Assembly: GCA_024137785.1 (NCBI GenBank)
Contig: JAHRHZ010000079.1
Location: forward strand, 8,597,535-8,661,534
Reading direction: 5' to 3'
Source of the DNA: Ginglymostoma cirratum
Lineage: Eukaryota
DNA: 64,000 nucleotides
The position numbers and the translations under genes are program-made. Position 1 is the first letter of the stretch. Each line of letters starts with the position of its first letter. The notes below the pieces were generated by a model, which made no database searches, had not been told where the DNA came from, and saw only the letters and a list, made by a program, of their open reading frames with translations. Of this stretch, positions 1-12,888 are shown piece after piece.

Positions 1-2005
1 TGGAAGGTTTTTAAAGACCAGTTGATTAAAGTACAGGACATGCATGTCCCTGCAAAACTGATTGATAGGAATGGCAGGATTCAAGAACCATGGATGATAA
101 GGGAAATTGTAAGCTTCGTCAAAAAGAAAAAGGAAATATATGATAGATCTAGGCAGCAACAAACTGATGAAATCCTTAAGGATTATAGAGAAATTAGGAA
201 GGAACTTAAACATGGAATTAGAAAGGCCAAAAGGGGCCATGAAATATCTTTAGCAAACAGGGTCAAGGAGAATCCCAAGGCTTTTTGTGCATATATTAGA
301 AGAAAGAGGGTAGCAAGGGAAAGAGTAGGCCCACTGAAGGACAAAGGAGGGAAGTTATGTATGAAACCACAGGAAGTGGGAGAGATCCTTAATGAGTACT
401 TTGTATCAGTATTCACCAAGGAAAAGGACATGATTGATGTCGAGATCAGGGATGAGTGTGTGAATGCTCTAGACAATGTCAATATATTGAAGGGTGAGGT
501 TTTGGGTATCCTAAATTGCATGAAGGTCGACAAGACCCCAGGGCCAGATCTATCTCAGGTTAGTGCGAGAGGCAAGGGAAGAAATAGCTGGGGCATTAGC
601 AGATATCTTTGAAGACAGGCGAACTTCCAGAGGACTGGAGATTATACAATGTTGTTTCCTTCTTTAAGAAAGGAAGCAGGAATAATCCAGAGAATTATAA
701 ACCGGTGAGCCTGACGTCTGTGGTGGGGAAGCTCTTGGAGAAGATAGGGAGGGACAAGATTTATGCACATTTGGGAGAAAATTGACTAGCTAGTGACTGG
801 CAACATGGCTTTGTACGGGGAAGGTCACGTTTCAAGAACCTAATTGAAGTTTTTGAAAAGGTGACAAAGAAAATTGATGAGAGAAAGGCTGTGGATGCAG
901 TTTATACGGACTTTAGTAAGACATTTGATAAAGTCCCATATGGCAGATGGGTACAAAAACTAAAATCTTGTGGGATTCGGGCTGGACTGGCCAGATGGAT
1001 ACAAAACTGGCTTAGTCATAGAAGACAGAGAGTGGCGGTAGAAGAGTGTTTTTCAGAATGGAGACCGGAAACTAGTAGGCGTTCCACAGGGATCAGTCTT
1101 AGGTCCTCTGTTGTTTGTAGTATATAAAAATGATCTTTTGGAAAATGTTGACGGTCTGATCAGTAAGTTTGCAGATGACATAAAGATTGGTGGAGTTGCT
1201 GAAAATGCTGATAATTGTGAAAGGATACAACAGGGTATAGATATATTGGTAACATGGGCACAGAAATGGCAGATGGAGTTTAATCCAGACAAATATGAGG
1301 TGATGCATTTTGGAGGATCAAATTTAGGTGTGAATTATATATGTAAATGGAAGAATACTTAGGAACATTAACATACAGATGGATCTGGGCGTGCAGGTCC
1401 ACAGTTTCCTAAAAGTAGCAACACAGGTGCCCAAAGTGATTTAGAAGGCATATGGCGGGCTGCCTTCATTGGCCGGGGCATAGAGTACAAGAGTTGCCAA
1501 ACCATGTTGCAGCTATATCAAAGCCTTGTTAGGCCGCATTTGGAGTATTGTTTGCAGTTTTGATCACCAGAAGGATGTGGAAGATTTGGAGAGAGTGCAG
1601 AGAATGTTCACCAGGACGTTGCCTGGTATCGAGGACATTGGCTATGAGGAAAGGTTAAAAAAGACTGGGACTGTTTTCACTGGAAAGGCAGCGACAGGGA
1701 AGACACCTGATAGAGGTCTACAAAATTATGAGAGGGATAGGTAGGGCGGATAGTCAGAGGTTTTTTCCCAGGATTGAAGTCTCAATTACAAGACAGCACA
1801 AGCTCAAGATGAGAGGGGGAAGGTTTAAGGGAGATGTGTCAGGGAAGAATTTCATGCAGAGAGTGGTGGGAGCCTGGAATGCACTGGTGGAAGGAGGCAC
1901 ATTGATGACATTTAAAGGGCATCTTGATGGTTACATGGTTAGGGAGGGAATGGAGGGAAATGGACCAAATAAGGGCAGAAGGCTTGTTTTTTAGTTTAGT
2001 TAGGG
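1..2005 (+). mobile_element. CR1-clade LINE (HER1-like), decayed ORF2 reverse transcriptase to 3' UTR; cut by the window start
   Basis: Frameshifted ORFs carry CR1 ORF2 motifs: NPKAFCAYIRRKR, LNEYFVSVFT, VYTDFSKTFDKVP, ISKFADDIKIGG, WQMEFNPDK, LERVQRMFTR, FMQRVVGAWNAL. Confidence 0.95.
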
Positions 2006-2024
2006 AATGATGTGCCACCCCGAA

Positions 2025-2680
2025 GAACTCCTGCAGAGATGTCCTGGAGCTGAGGTGACTGACCTCCAATAATAACAACCATCTACATAAGTGCCAGGAA
2101 TGACTCCAACCAGAAGAGAGTTTGCCTTCTGATACCTACTGATTTCAGTTTTGCCAGGGCTCCTTGATGCCACATTCAGTCAAATGCAGTCTTGGTGTCA
2201 AGGCCTGTCACTCATCTCACCTCTGGAATTCAGCTGTTTCGTCCATGTTTGAACCAAAGCTGTAATGAGGTCAGGAGCTGAGTAACCCTGGCAGAACCTA
2301 AACTGTGCATCACTGGGCAGGTTATTGCCGAGCAGGTGCTGCTTGATAGCACCGTTGATGACACATTCCATCACTTTACTGATGAACAAGAGTAGACTGA
2401 TGGGGAGGTAATTGGCAAAGTTGAATGTTTCCTAGATTTTGTGTACAGGACGTACCTGGGCAATTTTCTACATTGTTAGGTAAATGCCCATCTTATAACT
2501 GTACCAGAAGACCTTGGCAAGTAGAGTGGCACATTCTGGAGCACAAGTCTTCAGTACTATTGCCGGAATGTTTCCAGAGCCCATAGCTTTTGCAGCATCC
2601 AGTGCCTCCAACCATTTCTTGATATCACGTGAAGTGAATTGAATTGTCTGAAGACTGGTATTTTTGCCAGTATGAGTACC
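2025..2680 (-). mobile_element. Fragment of a second non-LTR retrotransposon family (CR1/L2-group RT N-terminal region)
   Basis: Minus-strand ORFs KAMGSGNIPAIVLKTCAPECATLLAKVF and SKVMECVINGAIKQHLLGNNL-SDAQFRFCQGYSAPDLIT match the KAxGPDxIP...QFGFR pattern of LINE RTs and differ from the HER1-like copies. Confidence 0.85.
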
Positions 2681-2894
2681 TTGAATTCCCACTCCCTGCT
2701 TTCCATTTTGTAACCAACTTGAAATTCATTCATTAGAAAGGTATTTGTACCTCACTTAGTGGGAGCAGATCGAGAAAAAAATCCCGTTAAGATTTTTTTA
2801 GAATTTATAAGTCCAGCTTTAATAAGCTCCTCATTATGTTATTCTTTCTCTAATGCTTTTAACTTCTCATTGTAGCAATGTTCAAATCAACCTG

Positions 2895-2992
2895 CTCAGA
2901 CATGTTGTTGGAAATCTCTGAAACAAGTGCAACTTGAACCCAGGGCTCCTGGTTCTGAATTAGGAACACTACCACTGCATCACAAGAGCACC
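2895..2992 (-). mobile_element. Short tRNA-derived SINE head; related copies near 27870-27955 (-) and 32040-32135 (+)
   Basis: Reverse complement has A-box-like gtgatgcagtggtagtg and B-box-like gggttcaagt. Confidence 0.55.
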
Positions 2993-3739
2993 TTAAACTT
3001 CCTGCCCTATTCGACAACAACTCTAATCCCTATAATACTATTGTAGCCCAATAACAACCTACATATTAAAACCTGCAAACTACCATTGGTTTCATTTTTT
3101 TCTTTGTATCAACAGTTTCCTTTGCAGTAATGTTTCTTTCAGATCAAGCCATTACCTTTCATTTCCTTGCATGACCATGATTTTTTACATACAACATTTA
3201 TTTCTCCTAGTCTTTTAAAACTGATTGCATTATAGAACTGATTTTACAGCCTTCACAAGAAGCCTTGCCTACCAGTACCACATGACAGGACTTAATGTAT
3301 TATCTCCACAGTTTTCCATCAGTTAAAGTGGATGGAAAGCCATGTGAAGCAAATTCCCAGTATGTATTCCTTATGCGAAAGGTCTCCTAGAAGAACACAA
3401 TTTCAACAAATCACTACTGTAAAGTGGATCAAGTAAATTATGTGGGTATGTGTTTCAGGCCTGTGTTATAAATCAAATTATTGTATTTCATTCAGAAATC
3501 TCAGTTCATTTAAAGTAAATAAAGTTTTATAATCCAGACTTTTCATAAGAAAATGGGTATGTGGTTTTGATAACTTTCTCCCTAATTCCCAGACCACTCC
3601 AAAGTGTGTTATTTTCATTCTCTAATTTTTGCATTTCATATCTGTAGATACAGATCAAACCAAAAACTGTGCATTTTCATACCACAACTCATTTTAACAG
3701 TTTTATTTTTGCTCCTTTCCTGGCCAGGTGATCTTATTT

Positions 3740-4030
3740 AGTCATGAAATCAGCCATAGGAATCAGAAATTCCAGTTTCCACATCTGACTCATGCTGCAT
3801 GAACTGATTTCATCTGAAGCTGTATAATTGTAATTGGTGTTGGGTAAGGAAAATTAGATTCCCACCTCTTGATTACCATTCAATAACCCTTGCTAAAATT
3901 ACATATGTGCTACATGGTGAGGTCAGGAAAGGCTGGGCTTTTGATATCCCTTGATCCAGCAGCATGCCTGGTTTTGCTATTGAAGCTCCTACATGGTCCA
4001 TTATGACTGAGTACTGGAACACAATCCAGG
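3740..4030 (+). mobile_element. Old SINE relic, possibly LF-SINE-like
   Basis: Degenerate similarity to the recalled LF-SINE body (cttgattaccattcaataacccttgctaaaatt...tggtgaggtcagga). Recall only. Confidence 0.3.
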
Positions 4031-6417
4031 CTCACGGACTTGTAGCCAATGAGGACCTAACATAATCAAGGGAAGAGAGAGAATTGGTGAGAGACGTAAT
4101 ATTTTAGAAAGGTAAGCTTTATTTGTATTTTGTTTATACAATTGAGACACTGATTTTAAGACTCCTAACAAGCTTCCAGGTAAAGTGAATATTAGTGATA
4201 TGTCATAATGGAACTGTCAACACGACATACACTCAATTTGCATGCGCTAAACACCTATGATAAGTACAGATGATGCTCATCATATGGTATAGCTAACTGA
4301 AAGCCAATGTAATTATTTTATTAAATGAAATATAATGTATTTCTCTCTATTAATGTACAGCTGAAAGAAATTTCCTTCTACTGTCAATGTGTTTCGAGCG
4401 CATAGCATTAAACGTTACTAGCAGGAGATTACCAATTCTAAATTCAATTAAAGTAGCACCTCCTGTGATTTCTTGCTCATTCTGAATCTTCTTTGTAAAT
4501 GATTTTTCTCATCAAAAATCAGAACAAACCCCCATTAGTAATTTAGATTAATTATTATGACTTAATATGTCCCAGTGGAACCTTTTGAATGAATTCATTA
4601 TAAACATCAACAAAATAGTGTTAGTTTTCCCCTGTTGGCATTATGACAACATTAAAACTGCAGTAACTCATATTTGAAAAGTTAATTCCAAGAAGATGCC
4701 GATATAAAACAATTAATTAAATGGTGAAATAAATTACACATGTTAAAACAGATGGTTTTGAATGAGGCAGCTGTGAGCTGTGAATATAACAAGGGATAAA
4801 ACTGGGAAAAGTGGCAATTAGATAAAGCGTAATGAAGATCTACATAATTTCACTGAGAAAACTTTAGCATACAAATACAGGAGAATGTCCATTAAGCCAA
4901 AAGATTAATTTTGTTTTGGTACCAGTATGTGCAAAGCAATCAGTTGTATAGATGTGTCTTTTATTTAAACCACAATCATTGTTCACTTTACCTAGCTGCA
5001 GAATATATTATAATGGTTTTCCTTCATTTTAAGCATACTTTTGATATTTGTTGTGTTACATTTCTTAAATTTGGCTGTCTTCATTGACATCATCTCCTAT
5101 TACTCATCCACACTGATAGTGGGTTGTCTAAATTTATCCATTTATATTGCCTTGAAAAGAGGAAGAAGCTACGGGGTGTGGGGGTGTGGGGGAAGGGAAG
5201 ATACAGATAACACCTTTGACATTCTGAATCACAGAAGTGAGAAAGTGGGGAATTTTTTTAAGAAATGCTGAATAGGTTCAGTGCAGCGCCATTATTTTAA
5301 AGGTGCAAGATTGATTAAAATTATATTTTGTGCATTATTAGTGGTATTGAGCCGACAGTAAACAATGTCACTGCTAAAGAAGATTTAACTTCTGCTCTTT
5401 GAGTTCCTTCCTGAGAATTTTCACCTTGGTTTAACATCTGTCATTTAAAAAGGTCTGCAAATATCTTACGCGGTAATGTCGATTCATAACTCTGAACATA
5501 TATAGGTGAAATAAACAAATTCAGGAATAACATAGCTGTCAAAAACATCAAAGCATAATGTCAAAACATTTAAATGAGTACACCCTTGACATTTAAGTTG
5601 TTATTAAGTGACACGTAAAACACTTTTAAATTTGGTTGCTGTTTATATTGACTCAGTATGACATTTTTCCCCCGAATTACTGAAGAAATGAGCACAAATT
5701 CCAAATTAATATCTACAGTCATATTTATCTGATAATATCTGTCACAGGTATTGAAAATGAAAAACTTACATAAAAGAGAATGCTTTCTAATTTGAATGAG
5801 AGTGTTTCATTTGCTCACATGCAGCAAATATTTTCAGATGTAATTTGCATGTTTTTATGAATGAATCATCCCCATTAGTTCCAGTCCCACATTATGCTAT
5901 TTTACATAATCCATGTGCAGTGGATATGAATACATTATTTCCATGCCGGATTTGTTTTTATGTGAACATGAGCATTTTATGGATCACAGCTTTAAACTCT
6001 GGGGACCAGAGAAGTTGGATGATGATGAGTGAATAGCTCTTCTAAATGTCCACCTCTGAACTACCACAACCTCTCTTCATAAATACAGACAGAATCATTA
6101 AAATACAGTAATCTAGTAAATGAAGTTCAGAAACTTATGGAATATTGTTATGGTCACTGCTGGGAGTTATAGACAAAAATAACCAAAATTATGAAATGTC
6201 CCCCAAATGAAGAAATTGCCAACAAGATTCTACTTATTGTACCTTGTTTTAACACTAACCAGAATCCACATAAATTAAACATTAATGAACAGATAAGTTA
6301 TGGTTTTTATGAATTATAAATTATACGTGGAATTGCAGTTACAGCAGAGATTACTTCATGAAACTAAAAAAATTCACATATCAGAATGCACACATGTGGT
6401 ACCACATGCAATCTCAC

Positions 6418-7024
6418 AGGCTGGATTTTATGGCCCCCAGACCATTTGTCTAGTAATAGTCCAGAGGTAGAATTTCTGTCCATCAGTTATATCAGTGTTC
6501 TGCCCGAGGGAACTGCCTCATAGTCACTACAGCACCAAATGGGAGCAGGGATCACCGCTGGAACTACATGTGATGCCCATTAAAATAATCACTGGAGCCA
6601 GGCACCTAAGTGATTGAGGGGGAATTTCACTGGAGTCAGTCTGCAGGCCCTCGCAAGGGGACATGAGAGGCTGGAGGCATTATAAAGGGGAAATTGTGAT
6701 TTTTGGATGGGAAGTGGCCCTGAAAGGTAGAAAAACCAGTTGCCCCCTTGTCCAAGAGTAGCCAGGGCAGAAGAAGCTACCAAGATATCCTGGTGTCTGC
6801 CTCCCTTTGTTTTGAGGGAAACAGAGATGAATGCAGGATGAAGCCCTTATATGACTAAATACACCAAGGCAGGCAGGCTGTTCAATACTTCCACCAGCAC
6901 CTGTAAAATTTCAAACAAGTCAGGTCAGGGATGCAGGCAGGAAGCTGGTCAGAAGACGACATCCATGAATGTTATGAGCCCTGTCCACTTCAAACACATT
7001 AGGGGGTAGTACTAAATCCAGTCC
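6418..7024. mobile_element. Putative non-autonomous Harbinger-type DNA element (MITE)
   Basis: Imperfect terminal inverted repeats ggctggattt (6419) and aaatccagtcc (ends 7024) resemble the GGGCTGAAT termini at 51087/55572. TSD is ambiguous. Confidence 0.45.
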
Positions 7025-7041
7025 ACAGTCTGGACTGTGAA

Positions 7042-7282
7042 TGTAAGTGAAATAACTCCACAAAGGCTGCTACTACATCACAAAGTCACCCATCATTCAT
7101 CGTATATTGAATTTGACACTGGTCCTGCTTCTTCAGAACTAGCTCTCAGAGCGAGCAGAACCTCTGATGCGCCTGTTTATGTCTGTCAGCCAGGGTTCTC
7201 TGATTCGGCCCGATTAACAGCCCCAATCAGGGAACTCATGTTCTATGAAGTCTATTTTGCTGATTTCATTACAATCACTACA
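7042..7282 (-). mobile_element. Candidate solo LTR (~240 bp)
   Basis: TGTA...TACA termini (minus strand tgtagtgattgtaatg...cacttaca) with an internal TATA-like cataaa. No clean TSD. Confidence 0.4.
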
Positions 7283-7697
7283 GTAAGGATATAAGATTGT
7301 TCACCTTTCTCTGTCATGGATTTGTTCCTTGAGTCTCTTGCAATGGTACCTCCACTCCATCTATGTCCACCAGAGGTGCTTAACACACAAATGACACATT
7401 CCTGCAGATCCTCCTTAGGTAAGTTTACAGGGACCTGATATCAGAGATCCCCAAATACTCCATTACTAAATCCCATTAAATTCAACTCTGGCAAATTTGA
7501 AGCAGCAGCAATAAAATTGTCCAATTTACAATCCCTGCCTTGTTTAAGTGGATTAAAAACATACACACACCTTCCTGTAAATATATTCTCTGATCTCTTT
7601 CGTTCTTTTCTAGAAATAGATTCATTGTCTGTCTTTTCAGTGTCTGGCCACGCAGCTTTGTGCATCTTGACCTCCTAGCTACTCTGTTTCCAGGTCA

Positions 7698-8014
7698 TCA
7701 TAGATAGTAGAATCTCTACAGTGTGCAAACAGGTCCTTCAACACAACAAGTCCACACTGGCCCTTGGAGCATCCCACCCAGACCCTATAAGCCACCTAAC
7801 CTACACATTCCTGAACACTACGGACAATTTAGCATGGCAAATCCATCGAACCTGCACATCTTTGGATTGTGGGAGGAAACCGGAGCATGTGGAGGAAACC
7901 CACGCAGAATCAGGGAGAATGTGCAAACTCCACACAGTCGCCCAAGGGTGGAATCGAACCTAGGTCCCTGGCGCCGTGAGGCACAGTGCCAACCACTGAG
8001 CCATCATGCCGCCT
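7698..8014 (-). mobile_element. HE1-type (V-SINE) tRNA-derived SINE
   Basis: Minus strand has A box tggctcagtgg, B box ggttcgattcc, V-domain gtgtggagtttgcacattctccc and a CR1-like tail. 7-bp TSD caggtca at 7691-7697 and 8015-8021. Confidence 0.9.
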
Positions 8015-9599
8015 CAGGTCACATGAAACAATGTCTCTTATCATCCAACAGAATTATTAGTCATCCCATTACATTGATGCAAACTCTTGGAAGTCCTTTT
8101 AAAGTTTGTTGAAAAAAAAATGGTTTCCACAAACAAATTTAAAGAAATTTTTAAATGGAGCGCACTAGCAGAACGGTACTCTCGACAGAGTTCTAGGATT
8201 CATGTAGGCAGGGCATGCAACAACATATCTCCTCAACCAGTCCTAACTGCAATATGAAGAAGATGAAATTAACTAAACACTACATATAGGTCTGGTGATC
8301 ACAGTATATGATTAAAGCAGGCACCTAGACCGTGTTGAAGTCAGTACAGTAAACTTGTACTGCCTTCTGTACTACATGATTTCTCCCTATCTCATGCATT
8401 CCCCATGCAGTTCATTGGCTCCAACCATCAGCATGAAGCCCAATAGTGAGGGTCCCTAGTGCCATTTATTGTACCATCTGTATCTTGTAAGGTTAGTGGC
8501 TTTTTTAGATGAGTGTATTGAGGGCAACCACTTTTTAGTATAAGAATCTTGTCAACAAGATGTAGTTTATTACTTATTTGCAATTATTTACAGTTTGTAA
8601 GAGTAAGCTTTAACCAATGTAAGACTGTTAGGGGGACCTAGCCTTCAGTCTGTGTTACACAAAATCCTAGACTTCACTCCCACCAAGTTTTCATGACATC
8701 ATCACAGTGGGCGGTGCTTACTGCACTTAATCAAAATGAGTAAATATTTCAAACCCTTCAAGGCTCATGGGAAACGTCACCTTTCTGATAACTGTTATTG
8801 TCATGCATTTATTTGTACAACTGCATTTACCAACATCTCATCTCCCCAGGATTTTGACTTTACAAATTCAGATGATCTGGAGGTTGTTCTGTTCTCCCCA
8901 AATGTGTTCTCTTCAGATGTGGAAGAATGGTAATTTGTTGGGTTGAAGGCTGTCTTTCTGATCATGTGAGTTCTGAAGTTCTCTTCTGAAATGGAGGACC
9001 TTTGCTGTCATGTATTTCTTTCATGGAGCAGGTCATCCCTACAAGAGCAGACACTTTTTTTCTTGGCAGTAGCTTGATCATTAGATGTCAATTGTCTCTT
9101 TTTAATGGGGTATCCAATAGAATTATATGCAAAGTGGACATCCAATCACCCAATCTCACTGATGTAGAAGAGGCCATGTTATGAGCAGTGAATATAACAA
9201 AATATATTAAAATCACTGCTACATCTGGAAGGAAACTTTGGGCTTTAAATGTTGAGAAGAAGGAGATGGAAAAGCAGGAAATACACCTATGCATAAGTGC
9301 CTTGGGAAGCAAGTAGGGTGTTGGCAATGTTTGAGGAAGCACCAAGGTTTTCTGGAGGGAGCAGTAATTTGAAAATCTGACGGGGGAAGACAAGAATCTT
9401 GTCTTTCATGGTTTTGCCTTTAGAAGTGCTGCTCATTATTCAACTATTTACACTCATTCTTTGCTACAATCCTTTAGCTTTAGTTTAACAGTATTTTTGC
9501 CATTTAATCTCTGCTGCCTTCAATGCTATACCGGATGTTTCTTTTTGTTCTTCCTTCTCCTTGACCCCCTTTCAATTATATAAAATGCATCTCTTTCGA

Positions 9600-9732
9600 C
9601 TTGCTTTCAGATCGAAAAAACAATCATATTTATCTCAAAATGCTACCTCTTTTACTCCCTGCACAGTTCCTGCCAGACCCAGTGAATATTTTCAGCACAT
9701 TCTGTTTTATTTCTGATTTCTCCCATCTGCTA
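9600..9732 (+). mobile_element. Highly decayed Penelope-derived terminal repeat
   Basis: cctgccagacccagtgaatattttcagcacattctgttttatttctgatttctcccatctgc resembles the 3' arm of the element at 12205-12423. Confidence 0.55.
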
Positions 9733-9789
9733 TATCGATGTTTCTATGAATAAGACTGTTGGTGAATGGAGAATTGAGGCTGAGATTTT

Positions 9790-10080
9790 TCATGTTTTTC
9801 CATATCCAAGTATGCAGAAAAAAGCTGTCTCTGAAGTAGCGTTCCTTCTCTCCTGCTTCCAGATCATGTTGCCTTTCCTCATCCTCAGCTTCCTGTTTGA
9901 TAGGTTGTGCTGGGTTCTGATTTCTAATAATAGTGAGGTTGTGAAGTATGCAGAATATTACCATGGAGTATGGTAACTGCTCAACTCTGAAGGTCTCCTC
10001 CATAGTGATCCATTATAGACACCAGATGTTGCTGTCCGATTTACTCCAGAATAATGATAAGCATTGGTATCGCTCCATTA
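9790..10080 (-). mobile_element. PIF/Harbinger transposase C-terminal remnant
   Basis: Minus-strand translation gives DHYGGDLQ, then (frameshift) VIFCILHNLTIIR and an acidic tail EAEDEE. This matches the HARBI1-type GGALQY...CCxLHN motif. Confidence 0.65.
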
Positions 10081-12044
10081 TTTCTAGAGCAAAATCCAGG
10101 GCATTAGATTTTTCAGTGTGCTTGTAATGTTCTTAATTTTTACAGCTAAGGGCCTTTGCTTTAGGTACTTGGTTGCAGATATTGACATTTCCGTCTAATT
10201 AATCACCAAGACTGAACAAGCTAACCTACGAGTGAGCATTAGCTGCAGACAATGCATATTGATTAACTGTACTGCAGCCTTAATCTGCAGCTGTAGCTGC
10301 CACCTTGCACTGAATTAAAAATGAGATTGACTGGTAAATATGCAGCATTGTTGTAGACATTGCCTACTGTCAAGCAAGACGTCTGAAATCGAGACAAACA
10401 ATAGAGTAAAATTAACCTGGGCCTTTTGCCTGTTATTCCTTCTGTCTTCTCCATTCAGTTTTATTCCCCACCCCGCTGATCTCTCTTTCTAAAATAGCTT
10501 GACCATGCTGAAGTGCTTCCCACCATTTCACTAGAGGTCAAAGCGATCACGAACCTCATTTTCAATTCAGACAGGGCAGCTGTTCACAAAGAAGTCAATG
10601 CTTTGTTAACATTTTTCGAGTGAAATTCACAAAAGCGCTTAATGCAGCACAAAGCTTAAATAACTAATCTCTGAAAAACAGACATTTTCATATCAGTTAA
10701 CTGTAAAATTTCAATGCTTTGAAAGTGAAAAAATACAAAACAGATTTTTAAAGTATAGATTGCCAGTCACCTTTATCATTAAAGTGATATTGATTTTTAA
10801 ATATTTGTAGCAAACAAAGTACATTTTTAAAATTGTAATTCTTGGAATCACGCTCTATGAATTTCCATTGTTTCAATTCAGGGCTGTCTGGATGGGAAAT
10901 TACTTTTGTCTGTAGCTCAGATATTTAACTGGTTGATTTGATTTCTATTGTCAAGCCCATGCACAATGACCCTGTTGTGCAAATTGTTCATGTTACGTCA
11001 CTGGATGGGTGACATATAAGGTAATATTTTCATTATGATTCTATTAACAAATGACAATTATACCAAAAGCCATTTAGCAGAAGAAATAAAATATTATAAA
11101 CAGCGGAAAGGAATACATTACTTTGATTTACACAAATTTACTAGATCTTTATTGAGACACAGAAATGTGCCAGTCATATAAATGCGTTCCCTTTGTTCTC
11201 AAAGAATTAAATTGTTTGCACCATTATTCAATTCAATTATTCAATTCAACGACTCAGCATGCCAGCAAGTAGGAAGTTACCTTCCATTGGACTTTCTGAA
11301 TTTCTCACACTTCTGAGATATTTTATTACAACTCCAGACTAGATAGGGAAATTTAGCTCCCTAACGGGAGGCTTGAAGCATTTGTCCAGGAACTGCAGTT
11401 AGAGGTTCTGTCATCGTTACTGGTCAGCCCCCTTCAACATCTACCAACTACTTCAAAAGAGGGTCCACAGGCAGCTTGCTGGTTTTGAAAGGCACAGAGA
11501 TGGTTACTGTCACTGGACAGCTGTGTGCTAGTTACTGGGGAGGGTGTTTGACAGGATTTAGTGTGTGGGATGTGAGTAGGACATATATCCTTTGTGGGAC
11601 CCTGCTATAACAGGTTTTACATTTAACCTCAGAGGACTCTGACTGGGTATCTTCCAGGTATCTGTAACAGACATCATGCTGACATTTAAAATACTTTTCA
11701 TTTCCTGGTTAAAAAATCCCTTATCTGGTAGCCTTGGCCTTCAATAGCACATTTAGTATGTGACCTCATTCTCATGTGAGCTGCCATGCATGTCATCCTA
11801 TCTCTCTGCCCTAGCATTTCTGCGCTCTGCCCAGTCAGCTACATTCTGTAATCTAGCCTCTAAAGTCCACAGGGAGTCAATATCTGAACTGCCACTTAAG
11901 AGAACCAGATTGAGTGGCAGTCAGTCTTGAAGGCTGCACAGTTTTTTGACCACTGACTCAGGGGCTTCCACTTACCCTGCAGCTGAAATGAAAGAGAGAA
12001 ACAAGAATTTGTTTGTGGTGCATAAGGAGAACAGAGCGGAAAGA

Positions 12045-12185
12045 CTAAAAGCAACATACTGCAGATGCTGGAAATGTGAAATGAAAACAGGAAGCGCTGG
12101 AGGAGCTCAGCAGGTCTGGCAGCATTTATGGAAAGTGAAACAGAGTTAACACTTCAAGTGCGATATGATTTTGCAACTCTTCAAA
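12045..12185 (-). mobile_element. Penelope-derived terminal repeat fragment (family C)
   Basis: tactgcagatgctggaaat...ctcagcaggtctggcagcat...cagagttaac is shared with 19759-19887, 46545-46670 and 14055-14125. Confidence 0.75.
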
Positions 12186-12204
12186 GAGGGAAAATGATTG
12201 TGGA

Positions 12205-12423
12205 CAAAAACAAAGTTGCTGGAAAAGCTCAGCAGGTTTGGCAGCATCTGTGAGGGAGAAAACAGTGTTAACATTGTGGGTCCAGCACCCTTCCTCAGTT
12301 CTGAGGAGCGGGCCCGAAACGTTAACTCTGTTTTCTCCTTCACAGATGCTGCCAGACCTGCTGAGCTTTTCCAGCAACTTAATTTTTGTTCTTGTTTACA
12401 GCATCTGCAGTTCTTTTGGCTTT
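12205..12423 (+). mobile_element. Fold-back (hairpin) Penelope-derived element with hammerhead motif and 15-bp TSD
   Basis: Inverted arms ~12205-12298 and 12301-12389 are centred on cctcag-tt-ctgagg. Perfect TSD gaaaatgattgtgga at 12190-12204 and 12424-12438. Confidence 0.85.
12297..12327 (+). ncRNA. Minimal hammerhead ribozyme motif (family C), stem II partly deleted
   Basis: agtt-CTGAGGA-gcgggccc-GAAA-c-GTT-aact with stem I agtt/aact. The opposite arm keeps stem II GGGT/ACCC but has lost GAAA. Confidence 0.6.
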
Positions 12424-12789
12424 GAAAATGATTGTGGAGCTCATGCAGAGACTTTTTTTTTGAGATGATAGAAAGGTCTGTGAGATCTGAAGGATAAATA
12501 GTGAAAATATCCTGCGTGACATTGCCACCAGTGTTGTCAGTCACCACAGCCTTGAAGCTGCTCTGCCAGGATAGCAAGCTGCCTTCCTTAAAGGGGGAGA
12601 GAGTGTGTGGACAAGCTGTTCCTCTGTCCATGCCAACCTACCAAGCAAGCCGAGAGCATGTTCATGAGAATCTTGTGAGGTGTTTCAGGAATGTAGGCTT
12701 CATGGTGGATAGCTAATAGCATGTGTTGTGGGTCAGTGAGGACAGTCATAGTGGTAAATGTGTGAGAAAGACATTCGAAAGAACCTTAA

Positions 12790-12888
12790 TTCTGAGGATG
12801 GGTCACTGGACCCAAAATGTTGACTCTGCTTATTCTCCGTAGATGCTGCCTGACCTGTTGAGTTTTTCCAGCAGTTTCTGACTTTGTT
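12790..12888 (+). mobile_element. Penelope-derived terminal repeat fragment beginning at a decayed hammerhead (family C)
   Basis: CTGAGGA-t-GGGT-cactgg-ACCC-aaaa-tgtt, followed by agatgctgcctgacctgttgagtttttccagca. Confidence 0.7.

Noticed and set aside
8850-8929. Candidate exon (ccccag/GAT...ATG/gtaatt; DFDFTNSDDLEVVLFSPNVFSSDVEE)
   Set aside because: Splice-like ends, but the peptide is unrecognised and no partner exons were found; expected by chance in 64 kb.
12045-12888. Recurring repeats suggesting a CRISPR-like array
   Set aside because: Vertebrate context; the repeats are inverted, irregular Penelope terminal fragments without regular spacers.
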